NCBI RefSeq assembly: GCF_038025025.1
Contig: NW_027117346.1
Span: 930,001 to 994,000, forward strand
Length of the DNA stretch: 64,000 nt
From: Phyllosticta citribraziliensis
Taxonomy: Eukaryota
Reading direction: 5' to 3'
Part shown: positions 1 through 11,689 of the stretch, in pieces
Layout: each line of letters starts with the position of its first letter
Position numbering within the stretch: the first letter of the stretch is position 1
The notes under the pieces: model-generated
Told to the model about the DNA's origin: nothing
The model's database searches: none
The model's input: the letters and a program-made list of their open reading frames with translations, nothing else
Position numbers and translations under genes: made by a program

Positions 1-3000
1 TTGACCTTGTAGTATGATCTACCTCTGGAGAGCAGTGAGTGTCTGGGACCAAGGGAGCAAAACTTCTTTCGTGATGTTTGGAGTTGGAACTGATATTTGC
101 GAAATCTTGCCTAAGGCTGTAAGGCAGGTGTTCTGTGCACCAAGGTAGGCATTATACTCCGGAGTTCTGAAGTCCTTGTTATCACGTTCTTGTCATCACA
201 TCTCCCCGGACCTCGCACATCCGATGCACGCGCGCGGATCTGACGAGATCGTCACGTCTCGCTCGTTCGCGATGCGAAGTCAAAGTACAGCGTGAGGTAC
301 TGAGGCACAAAATGACTACGTCACTGAGACAATGCGAAACGTGAGGCACAGAGGTACTCCACCTCCGCCCTACCCGCTCGCCATGGTTGAAATTCCATCT
401 CATCTCATTCCATCCCATCTCGTAGTCGGACCGCCCGTGACGACAAATATCGCATCTCGTACTCCGCATTTTCGCCACCACCACCACAACAACTCCCAAC
501 ACCAGCGGCATACGAACACGAATTTCCTGGCCAGAGCTGCTCGGCGTGCGTGCTCGGATCGAGCGCCCACAGACTCACCTACTTCAGTTCCACGACACGG
601 CCAAGCGCTTCCCCTTCTCTCCTGAGATCTCCGTGGCTCTCCGTCCTTCCACTGCCTGGCATCGCGAAACAAAGACGATCTGAAAAGCCACACCCGCAGA
701 CTTACTCAGTGCTTACTCGAATGCATAGCAAACCGGGAAACACGAGCAGCCCCATTCAGCCAGCCGCAACCGCACGAATAGACGGGAGCTCCGCGCAGAT
801 CAAGGGAACGGATGTGCGCGCGACGGTACGTGCGTGCGTATACCTGCCTGCCTTAGTGAGCCAGTGGAATAATGCAGGGAGCACGGCAATCCCGCCGCCG
901 CATCCGGACGATCCGGGGACGCAATCTGCCTGAGGCTGAAGGTCGGCGCGGAGGCTCGGTTCCGACGGCTCTTGTTCTCTCCTTTGAAATCCAAAGACCC
1001 AAGTGATCATCAGCCTTGAACTCGGCGGCGCGAGAGTGGGGTTGGGAAATGATGTGATGGTGGAGGTCTTGGGATGTTGGCGTTTGGTGGTGGCGACGTG
1101 ATGGGACGAGCGGGCACTGCTGGGGAGCGTCAGTGGCTGGCGCAAACGCGTAGACGCGTGTATCAGCCGCGAGGCTTGTTATCTGCGATTCCAATGACTG
1201 CAGATGAATAAGAGAAGAGGTTGGAGATGTGGCGCCGCAGCTGTTGGTCGTGCGTGCTTAGACATTGCTCATTCAAGACGGAGCTGGGCAAAGCGGGGGC
1301 GACATAAACAAAGACATTCAGCTAGAATTGGTCCTCGGTACTCATAGGAACGTCGCCAGTTGACACTGCCCAGGCTCGGAAGGGCTTTCCGCAGGTACGT
1401 GCGTGCGGTCCTTGGGATGATAGAGTTTAGGTTTGGAGGGCTCCCGTCAAAGGGGCTGGTAATCATTGTCGCGACGCGCTCAGTGCGTTGCCCGCGTTCC
1501 GCGCGCACTGGGAAAGGCTTGTCGCTGCTATGCTTACGCAAAGAGGGCCTTATTACCCTATGCTTAAGGCACAGGGCACCGATTCTTGGATAAGCATAAC
1601 CAAAGCCCGAAGATTCACATTCTCTTGGATCATTTATGCGCGCAGATGGCGTTCTCTCCGGTGCCAGGTCAAACATCCACGGCCTTGATCTGTGGGGATA
1701 AACGCCTTTCTCCTTGTCGTTGCGATGGCGTACGCGATTCTCCGCCGCAGACCCTGGGAATAGACGGCTTGGTGTTGAGTCTTCAGCCTCTTCATTGGAC
1801 GCGATCCGCAGAAACGCACGATTGTATGTTAAGAGTCCTGTAACAAGTTCGGAATGGCGGAGAGCCAAAGCTGTGAATGGGCGAAGTCATGAAACAGCAA
1901 ATAGTCGAAACACATTGAACTCAAACATCGCCGCCGACATCACCTCTTGCTCTCCGCCCTGCTGTGTCAGCGATGGTCTAGGCTAACACCTGCCAAAATT
2001 GGCAGACTTAACCCATTTTGAGACATTGTGCGACATCTTTGCTTCCCAAAATCCGCTGGTGTCGTCTTGTTTGCACCGGTCGAGGATTGGTTCGCAGTTT
2101 GGACTGGGCACTTGGCTTTCAGGAACTCGTTTCACTCAGCAGCAACCCCATGCCGTACTGACTAGACTGCATCATTCTTCAAGATCGATGACAGCAGCAG
2201 ATGTATCGTTGCTTGTCCATGCAGGTGCTATTGTCTTCAAGTGGTGCGTGAGGTTTTGTGGCGTTTTTTGTGCGAGGATTTCGCATAAGGAACATCGTTC
2301 GGATCAGGAAAGAACTGGAAAGACAACCGGGGAACGAAAACAGTTGACACACAACTGACCGAAATTGACCTACTCAGTGGCTCTTGATTGGATCCAGCAA
2401 CGGTAGTCGACGCAGAACAGGGGCGCGTACTTCCCTAATCCTTCACATGGATCTTATGGTACGTCAGCGCCTAGGTACATCTATGATGAAAGTACGCGAG
2501 TACATACCTTTTACCTTCTTGGCCAGCCGATGTTTCCCCTCCCAGTCCACCGCAGCCACGGCTTTTGCTCTGCTGAGACAGCAGGAATGCCGACCAATCA
2601 GGAGCCCGTGTCCGTACGTACCTGTCATATAGCTGTCGAGACTTTGTGAGCCACGCACAACGGGAATGCCGCAGCAATTCCGCGGGTTCCGAATGCTGAA
2701 ACAACGTAACAACGCCGTTGTTGCTTTGAGGATACCAAGACAAGCCAGCAATCGCCAGGAGCAGAGCCACGATGGAGTATTGCGCGTTGCAATGGCCACG
2801 AAAGGCGTCTTACGCTCTGGCCGGGGGTGGCGAGGAAAAAGTTCTTGAAAATTCTACAGCCACAGTCCGTCGTGTCAACGGCAGATGTACAGGGCTGAAG
2901 GCCAAGCCAGCATCGGTGACGACTGCTCCCCCAGAGCTCGCCGGGAAAACAGCAGCCGATTTGTGTGTCTGAAACACCAGCTGTCCGAGCCGCGAGCCAA

Positions 3001-3597
3001 TGACGCCGTCCGCGTCAACCAAGAGCGCGAGAACGTCGCCCTCGCAGCGAGCACGACCCCCGCTGGCCTTGTTTGAGGAAGGCCGTTTGGCTTCGGCGGG
3101 GCTTGAGCTTGTTGAACGTTGTCCAAGCCAGCCGCTCAGCCAGCAAGCCAATTCCGTTGGCTCGCAGCACACCTAGGCCTCGACCCCGGTTTCTGGTACC
3201 AAGAGTGCAGGGAAGGTGTCCAGGAACCTGCCAAGCCCTGTCCTGTCCGGGCTCTGCACGCTTGCCCTTTTGGGAATTTCTGGGGTATGGGCGTTAGGTT
3301 TCTGGTTTGGCAGAGCATTGGCACTGCTGTCTGCTCGCCGGCTCTCTATGCTTCATCTCGATAGAGTTTGGGATGGTTCTTGCTTTTCCCCAGGCGCGGT
3401 TTTGCTAAGTAATGTGTTGCGATGACGGTGACGGGCGTGAAGTTCGGTCGAAGTGTTGCTCAAGGTGCAAGGCGAGTATATAAGCCCTGATACCCACCAT
3501 TTACTCCAGCTCTATCACAAGCAACTGCTTTGAATACCATTTTCCACTCCTTTGAAGACACCCCAACGTTCATTCATCGCTTCTCTTCTCTTCCAAC

Positions 3598-4208
3598 ATG
3601 AAGACTTCGTTCTTTACCGCTATGGGCCTTCTCGCCCTTGCTGGGTAAGTGCCTTTCGTTGCGATGCTTCTCTGTCTCGACTAATGGACCAAGTTTGGGT
3701 GCCACCAATCCAGTTGCCAAGGAAGGAGGGTCAAACAACCAGCCTAGGCCCGAGTCATTCAACAACGAACAACTCAATCAGGGTCCCCCTCCTGGTCGTG
3801 GTCGCGGTCGTGGCGGTCCCGACCGCGGTCGTTTGCAGCAGCAACAGCAGTATCTTTTCTACTGCAAGGCTGGTGACCAAGGTGATATTGGTCAGATTTG
3901 CGAACAGTGCCAAGGCACTCCCGTTGAGGACCCAAGCTGTGCTCCCGCAAAGCAAGGCGTAAGTGGCAGCTGTCAGCCGTGGAATGAGTTTTGCGATTGT
4001 GCTAATCCGTGGGTGTGTACAGTGCAAGGTTAAGGACGATACCTGCTTCACCGATCAGAAGTGCCAGCAGGAGTACGGTCAGGAAGCCAAGGCCCAGCAG
4101 TGTGGAAAGCAAGATGGTCTCCAAAACAACCAGCTTCTCAGCACCAACCAGGAGCAGCGCCCCGAGCGCCAGCCGCGTCCCGAGAGCGGTGGCAGCATGG
4201 AGGGCTAA
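3598..4208 (+). CDS. Small secreted cysteine-rich protein (about 165 aa, 8 Cys), 3 exons
   Basis: ATG 3598, signal peptide MKTSFFTAMGLLALAGLGA. Introns 3645-3693 (GTAAGT..CTAAT..AAG) and about 3959-4022 (GTAAGT..CTAAT..CAG). Spliced frame is open to TAA 4208. TATATAA at about 3477. Confidence 0.85.
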
Positions 4209-4549
4209 ATGTAAATATTTTCTAGCCCACCACGGAGGTTCGACTCTCGACTCCACGGCTTGGAGTGGAGGAAAGTGGTTCGACTTCTCATTCTGAGGAA
4301 AGAAACATGCGTTTACCGCACCCAGCACTGAATCTGGGTATTGTACTATAGGGTTCAATTCTATTTATCAGATTCTCTTTCCCCATGCTTCAAAACGCCG
4401 TACGTACCACAGAAGGGAAGTTAAGAAGCTCTCCAACGCGCAACAATTAGGGCAGAGGATGCTTCCCGAGCGGAACTGTAGTGTCAGATGACACTTCGAG
4501 CTGATCCATTCAAGTTTTGAAACGCTCTTGAGCGGTCAATTAAGAATAG

Positions 4550-5553
4550 CTACCGCCTCGCTTGCGCTGGAATCTCGAATCCTCGGTTCATGAAATCCGT
4601 GTTTTTGTTCAAGCCTTTCGCCGGGTCCTTGTTGGAGAAGAGACTGTTGAGGTTGTCGTTATTCTCCATCTTCCTCCTCTTGTTCTTCTCCTCCTGCTCT
4701 GCCAATACCTTGGCAGTCAACGATGCTGTGGCGCTATTCTTTATTCCATCTGATGACTTCGCTTCAGTCCTCTTTTTCTTTTCCTTCGATCCACTTGAAT
4801 CAGATGCCTTCTCGTCGCTGCCATTTGCCGCATCAGCGCCCTTTTTGCGCTTCTTTCCACCAGGCGCCTTTTTGAGCGAGTGTGTAAGTCCGCTGGCATG
4901 GAGTGTTTTGTTTCGCTCATCGAGCTTGGTGATATCTTCCTCCGACGTCGGGATTATGGAGATGATATCTCGCGTCTCGTATGCGGTATTGCACTCAAGG
5001 CACATGCGATCACCGCCAGCCTCTTTGATAGCAGTCCCACGGAAAGCGTGTCCACATGGTACCAGATAAACCGCCTTCGAGCCCGGTCCGAGCGGCTCTC
5101 TCGTGATCGGGCAGACCCAGATCTCTCGGCCGTCCTCGGCCTTGCGCTCCTTGCCAGCATCGTCCTTGTCTGTCTCAAACTTGACCTCCACGACGTCGCG
5201 CAGGCTCTTGATGCTGCCTCGAAGGACATTCTCGCTTTGTTCCACTTTGCGCACAGCAGCGTTCGGATCTTCGTCGTCGGCGGGGAGGAGGTACTCGAGG
5301 ACCGCGTCTTTGTTGTAGAGTTTGCCGTTGCAGTCGGAGACTATGGGTCGCGAGAGTGGTTTGTTGGACAGTGGACATGTGCTCCAGCGGTGAGACTCCT
5401 GTTCTTGTTGTGCTGCCTTGATTTCGGTCGTAGTTGGGTTGCGCGCCGCTTCTTTGACAAGCTCGCGGCGAGTCGGAATGCTGGGACTCGTTAGTTAATG
5501 ATACATTCAGGGTGGTTGCAGGAAGCTACTTACCTGCCACCATCGTTACCCAT
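4550..5553 (-). CDS. RTF2: Replication termination factor 2 (Rtf2 RING-finger family)
   Basis: Signature N-terminus MGNDGGS|IPTRRELVKE across intron 5481-5533; RING-like WVCPIT...PCGHAF...CLEC. Confidence 0.93.
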
Positions 5554-5958
5554 GTTGCGGTTTTACGAGAATGGGCGATACCAGGTTTGGGGAGGCAAGT
5601 TGTTGGAGTACGGACGGGAGTGTGGACTGAGGAGGTAAGGCGGCGATAGCGCGGCCGCCGTCTGAAAGATGCGCTTGGAAAAACGTGGCCGGCCCACGTG
5701 GTTTCGCGAAGTCGCGTTCCAAGCCTGAGATGCTGTGTGAAAGGTTTAAAAAGACCTCTTGATGCGTTTTGGAAGTGCTGAAGTCGAAATGACGGTATTG
5801 TTCTATATACACATGCAGGCGCTTCTGTCCTGTCTATCTAGGTATCCGTCAAAGAGCTGTTTGAGAGCTCAAGCCTGGACATTGTCGTTAAAAGAGTGGG
5901 AGTCCACTTCTAAGCCTGTTGGTGTTATCACCCACGTCAGATCCACGTATCCCCCCCA

Positions 5959-8048
5959 TCACGGTGCAAGCCCGTAGTAGGCAAACCAAGCACCGCCGAG
6001 CGAGGGCATCCACATGCCCAAATCGCCCAGCAGTGAAGGCGCCGCTTCACCACCCTGCCGCTTGACTACACCGCCAGGACCAGGCACAGCATTCGACTTG
6101 GGCTTCCCCTGCTGCCCACCATTGTCACCACCCGAAGTGCCATCCCCTCTATCACCTCCCAGATCTTTCGACTGTCCCGGAGCCCTGGAGCCTCCGCGGA
6201 TCTCGGGGACGCGCTCAACGACCGTGGCGTCCGGGCAAGCCCAATCATCGCACCTGGCAGCGTAGCCTGGCGCCGGTGACACCGTCTTGACGACCTCCGA
6301 CCTGCCCAGCACCTTGCCATGCGCGTCGACGGCCTCCACGTACGCGAACGCAGCGTAGTCGCGCGCCTGGAACGGCGTTTCGAAGCCGCCTTTCTGCGCC
6401 GTGCCCAGCTCCACGCCGCTGCCGCCGTTGCCGCCGCGCGACGAAGTCAGTCCGTAGAAGCGCCACTCCGCGACGTCGGTGGCGCCATTCCACGAGACAG
6501 CGAAGCTCGTCGGACCCGCGTCGCGATTCTTCGCAAAGGCGTACAGCGCGGGCTGCGTCTTTGGTTTGGCAGTCCAGTTGGCCGAGTAGGCGCGGTAGTT
6601 CATGACGGGATAGTCGCCCCATGAGGCAGAGAGCAGCGGGGTGCCGTCGGATGAATGCTCAGAGAGAGCGTTTTTGTTGCCCCAGCCCTGGAAGACGTTC
6701 CCGTTGGGGAGGACTTGCGTGTTGGCTTGGCTGGTGGCTATCAATTTGGGGTCTGGCGGAGGTATGCGCTGCACCAGCGACGCGCGCTTCGTTGCGTGGT
6801 CGAGGTTTATGATAAGGCCGGCGGAGTTGCTGGATGTTGAGTTGAAGCCGTTGGAAGCGTTGTCGAAGAGCGAGATGATGGTGTTGGTGTCGTTTTCTTT
6901 GATGAAGCGTGCGTCATGTTGATAGGAGAAGTTGAAGTTTGTGCAGGCATAGTCTGTATAGTCTCCGCCGGCTGAGAGTGTCCAGATGATGCCTCCGTCT
7001 TTGGCACTGATTAGGTAGATTGAAGATACGGAGCGTGCTGAGATCAGGTAGTCACCAGAGCTCGTGGACTTATCAACCGAGTTGATGTGGCTATTTTCAA
7101 ATCAGCTCGAGACCCGGAAAGAAGCCAAGGACCTGGCTAGGGAGCATCCATGCCCACTCACAAATAATCCCAGGCATCACCAGGAGTCAATCCAGTACCT
7201 CCAGTATCGGTGCTATTTGGAAAGACATAAGTAGCCCTCAGACGCACGTGGTCAAGAGAATGCCACTCGAAATTCTTCTTGCCCGACTGAACATCAATGT
7301 CTTGTAAAATGCCATCCAAGACGTACCCAACTCCACGTCGGATGCCGAAAGCGCTCAGATCGGCTTCAGTCGGTTTGTACGAGGTAATCAGAGCAGACTT
7401 TCCGTCCCCAATCAGGTTGAACTCGTGCATGTCTGCAGCAGTGACGCCACTGCCGCCGAGCTGCACAGATTTGACGACAGTATACGAGTTGTCCAGGATC
7501 AAGTCGTTGCCACGGGCGTAGCCCTGGATGGTCATGCCTTGGAAGAAGCAAAGGTGGTCCTCGCCCTGATATTTGCATGGCTTAAAGTTGAATGTCTTTT
7601 CTGGGCCTGCGACTGCGTATCCGGACCAAACGAGGTTCTACAAACGCCGTCAGAATATCGCAAATGAGGTCCAAAGCCTTGACACTGACACATTTCTTGT
7701 CGTAAATGTAAGGACCACTCTGTGGACCACCATACGGCGAGATGAAAATGTAGCCTGCATCTCAGTCAGTGCCACTCTCCCGTGAATGCTCCTTGCCATA
7801 CATACCAGGACTGAGTCCGTCTTTGTTGATCTCGCAAGTCAACGCAGGTGGATTGAGATCTGGTCTCTACAGTTACGGAGCATTAGCTGCCAAGCAGACT
7901 ACCATATCCGAACGGGTCTTACGGAATAAAACGACGATCGAGGTGCAGTTTTGTTGTCGGGCGCAGCGCCAACGCTAGAATCGGCCAAGGCGAGTATCAA
8001 AGCGACGTAAAGAATGCATGACTGGACCCGCAGGAGATTCCAAACCAT
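5959..8048 (-). CDS. Secreted arylsulfotransferase-like (ASST) beta-propeller protein, multi-exon
   Basis: Signal peptide MVWNLLRVQSCILYVALILALADSSVGA. Motifs DMHEF, FEWHSLDH, WDY..HINSVDK, YQHDARF, SLFDN, SQANTQVLPNGNVFQGWG, YRAYSANW, SWNGAT. Confidence 0.85.
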
Positions 8049-9418
8049 GTTGTGACGAATAGAAGAGAGGCAGAACGAGGAACTGTCGTTATCTGGCGAT
8101 GCTCAAGGCGAGAGGCATGCCGAGTAATCGGAGGCTTGCGGATTCTTGTTTCTTGCAGCAAGACGCAGAAAGCTGATCACTCGCAGCGGCAGGGTTTGAC
8201 TTGGCCTGGAAACATGTCCGTAGTACTCCAGGCCTCTGTTCCCCTAGGTAAGCAACGAGAAAGCCGGCAACTTGTTCTCCTGAGACAGACATAAGCTCAG
8301 CGACCGGCATGCGAGTTGCTGGCCCGGCGCTCGTCGTCGACATGGAAGATCGTTGCAGAAAGACCAGAAGCGAACCAGACAAGGGAAACGGGGCAAAAGT
8401 ATGTTCCTTGGAACGCGAGACAGCGTCCGGCGTTGCTTCCGTCCGCCCAGCTAGAAGGAGTAGGAGTTGTGACAAGATTCGGTCCTCACGCCGAGGACGC
8501 AGTCAGGAGCTCCTCCTGGCCTATATACCACCGATTTAGTACCGCCTTCTGACGTCTATGGTCGGTGATGGACATGATCAGTAGCATTGGGGCCTTCGTT
8601 AGTTGTGAGGACGACCACGTTCAGAGGCTCAAGGTCCTGGTCCAAATAAGGTTTGCTCCCGAGTCAAGGTGATGGGATCCCTGATGAGCGGGAGCTGGCT
8701 CATATTGCATTGTTGGCGCTCGTGGCTCGTCGACAAGAGGATGAGACAGAAACGCTGGAAGGGGATGTCGGAGCCAGCCAGCTTTTCTCGTGATGGTGCC
8801 ATCGAAGGCAAGCGAAGACACCGAGCCTTGGTTGGCTCGCGCCCCACCGGGCGCCATCATGGTGTCTCTCGCACGGCCACATGAGCGCACGAATACAAAT
8901 TCAGCCCCTCTCCCACACTCACACACAATATTGATGTCTTCACTTTCTTCGACCGTTGACCACCCGCTTTGTTTTTTTGCTGGCTGTTGTCACCATGCCT
9001 ATCTGATCTTATAGGGGGAATCGAATGCTCCAGAGTCCCATGCCACTCGCCAGACAAAGGAGTCTGCTGCGCACATCGCCGTCTGAATCCACCTCTCTTC
9101 CGATCCGACTTTTGCACCGCCGTTTCCGTCGCCGCTCGTCCAATTTGGCCCGGTCCGTCCGTTCATGAGCAGCTCTTTCGAAGCCGCTGTCGAAGAAGAA
9201 GAAAAAAAGTGCGAAGTGGGAAATCAAATGTGCTCCATGCTGCCTAAACAAGTTTTTTGGGGGCATTCGCGAGGTCGACCATCTCGGGAGCTGAAGATTC
9301 ATCGACGCAAGAGAAATGAAAGGTCGTCATCATGAGCGGCCAAGATTTAATCGAGGCCCACCGTCGCTGATACTAGCAGTCTTCTCATCCCCATGGTGCC
9401 GGTCGGCTCAGGGCAAGC

Positions 9419-10485
9419 TTAGTTGGGGCAAGCGGCCTGGACGTGGCCGGGCTGCTTGCACTTGTAGCAAACCCTCTCGGCAGACGTCTCCGAGGGGCAG
9501 TCGCGAGACAGGTGACCAATCTCGCCGCCTGTGATTCAAGGTCAGTACGTCTTTGTGGCTCAGCTTGGATGCGAATTTTACTCACAGTTGTAGCACTTCT
9601 GGCCCTGGGTGCAGTCGCGAGACATGTGGCCGTAGCCGCCGCACGAGTAGCAGGTCTGACCACGGGGAGCACCAAAGGCACCACCACCGCCGTAGCCGCC
9701 ACCGTAGCCGCCACCGTATCCGCCGGCACCGGCACCGGCACCGTAGCCGCCGCCCTGCGTGCAGTTGCGGGCAATGTGTCCGACCTTGCCGCACTTGTAG
9801 CACTCTTGGCCGCCGCCAATGCCGGGAGCACCGCCCTCGGGGCACTCGCGGGAAAGATGTCCAATCTTGCCGCAACGGTAGCAAGGCTTCTCGGCCTGGG
9901 GCTCGCTGCACTCTCTGCTCAAGTGACCCTGCTGACCGCAGTTGTAGCAAGTCGGGGTGCCCTTGGTGGGGCAGTCGCGAGCTTGGTGGCTGACATCACC
10001 GCCTTCTCCAGGTTAGCATTGGCTCATGCGGGACTCTTGAGAGAGAATTCGGAACGTGACGACGAAGCCATAACGCCCGAGCCCTTGCGCGGAACGGACA
10101 AGGACAATGAAAGGCACGAGGTAGGAAAAGAGGTTGTAGATGCGCGTTCGTATGAACGAGAGATTGGGTTGAAGGCTCGAGTGGCCTGCTCGGTTCCCAC
10201 GCGATCGATCGACGACGTTGGCATTGGCGCTTGGAGCGCGAACACGACGACTCCAACGAGGATCAAAGACTTGTTCCGGATCGAGCAGCCCAAGAAAGCG
10301 TCCCCGCTGGAGGTGAGGCTTAACACGGGTTTGGAAAGGGGGAGGCGTGGGTTGTGCATGTGCTCGCAGGAATGTTTGGGCGGAGGGGCGAAGAGCCGTG
10401 GGCGGAGGGCGACCAGGACCCAACGTGTGTGAGAGGCAGACGTACAGTTGTAGCAGCCACGGGCAGGAGGAGCGCTGTAATCCAT
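9419..10485 (-). CDS. GIS2: CNBP/Gis2/Byr3-type zinc-knuckle nucleic-acid-binding protein
   Basis: Repeated CX2CX4HX4C knuckles (CYNCG, CYRCG, CYKCG, CYSCG) with a Gly-rich linker. Introns 10003-10445 and about 9529-9585, plus a probable 5'UTR intron at about 10519-10618. Confidence 0.92.
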
Positions 10486-11374
10486 TTTTGGACGAGGTAG
10501 GGATGTGTCGTGTAGAGTCTGCAGCGCAGCGCAAGTTAGCATCAGCACCACCTCGGCAGCGAGGATGAGAGGAAAAAAAATCCTGAGGGCGCGAGGGCGG
10601 TGCACGAGAGCGACTTACGGATGTGAAGGCTGAGGAGTTGAGTCGGCACGGGTCTGCAAGCAGGATGTTTAGGTGCTGGCAGAGGTTTGTCGGTGGAGGG
10701 AGGGCGAGTGAGGGTGGAAAGGTTTGTCGGTTGGATGTGGTGGTGCTGGCGTGGTGGGTGAAGGGGACGCTAGGCCACGGCAAGACGTCGGGGCCGGCCT
10801 TGCTGGGGCTTTTAGCGAGTGCGGTGCGGTGCAGTCAACCGCCGGCCTCCTCAACCAGAAACAAACATCCAGGCCGTCTGCGCCAATGGCTAAATTGAAA
10901 GTCCCGACTACTGGCCATGACTTGCTGCCTGCATCCGTTGGCGCGCGCTCTCCTTCATGTCTTCTGCTGATCACCTCGATGCGTGATCGTCGAGGGTCCG
11001 GGTCCGCGCAGAATGTGGAGACTGCCTGAGGTGGCTCTTCCGCCAGCTTGCTCCAGCTCCTGCCAGGCAAGGCTCGTGACAGTGCGCCGCGACATGTCCG
11101 TCGCACTACAGCTGTCAAGTTTCTTGTGCTCCCAGACGACTGGTGGCTGTTGGCCCCAACGGCTCGTGGATCGACTCTGAGGCACATACATACACCCAAA
11201 AGCAATGCGAGCCATCGCACCGCTGCCCATTGCATCTCGATGCCGAGGTCAGAGACTGGCATGATCGCGGATCACGCACGCCACCCTCAATGGCTGCCTC
11301 GTCAATCTGGATACCAGAGCAGTTGGGAGGCGGCTCGCATTTCCGACTCAATTACTCGTCAAGGTACCATCCCA

Positions 11375-11500
11375 CTGTGGGTGTAGGAAGAAATGAGACT
11401 CCCTGGGTCTAGATGCAGCAGTGAACGGGTGCTCCCTAAGTATGGCTGTACTAGTAAATGAATGCTAGGAGGTCTTTCGCATTTCTTTCGACACCCACTG
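11375..11500. mobile_element. Putative MITE (imperfect terminal inverted repeats), copy 1
   Basis: Left end CTGTGGGTGTAGGAAGAAATG is an imperfect inverted repeat of right end CATTTCTTTCGACACCCACTG. Shares colinear blocks with 52586-52720. Confidence 0.6.
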
Positions 11501-11689
11501 CGGTTCCGCCAGCGCAATACAGCTGTAGGCCTCGAGACCGGCGCATCATTTGCCCAGAGCATATTACAAACGTACATATAGGTGTGCTTATACACTCGTG
11601 AGGTGGCATGTCCGGTAATTCTCGAATGACTCGAGCAAACCATACGGGCTTTTCCATCGCCGGGTTACCCTATCCGGCGCAATGGTGCT

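Noticed and set aside
1..3500. Many short ORFs, including 199 aa at 1269-1868
   Set aside because: No recognisable domains or consistent exon structure; left unannotated, though a diverged gene cannot be excluded.
4230..4290. Two GGTTCGACT B-box/T-loop-like motifs and a small hairpin
   Set aside because: No tRNA cloverleaf or A-box could be built; they lie in the 3' flank of the secreted-protein gene.
8681..8760. CTGATGAG hammerhead-like core
   Set aside because: No matching stem II followed by CGAAA and no cleavage-site stems.
9443..10432. 329-aa plus-strand ORF, and similar antisense ORFs at 51032-51982, 52720-53496 and 31230-31979
   Set aside because: Antisense shadows of codon-biased genes on the opposite strand.
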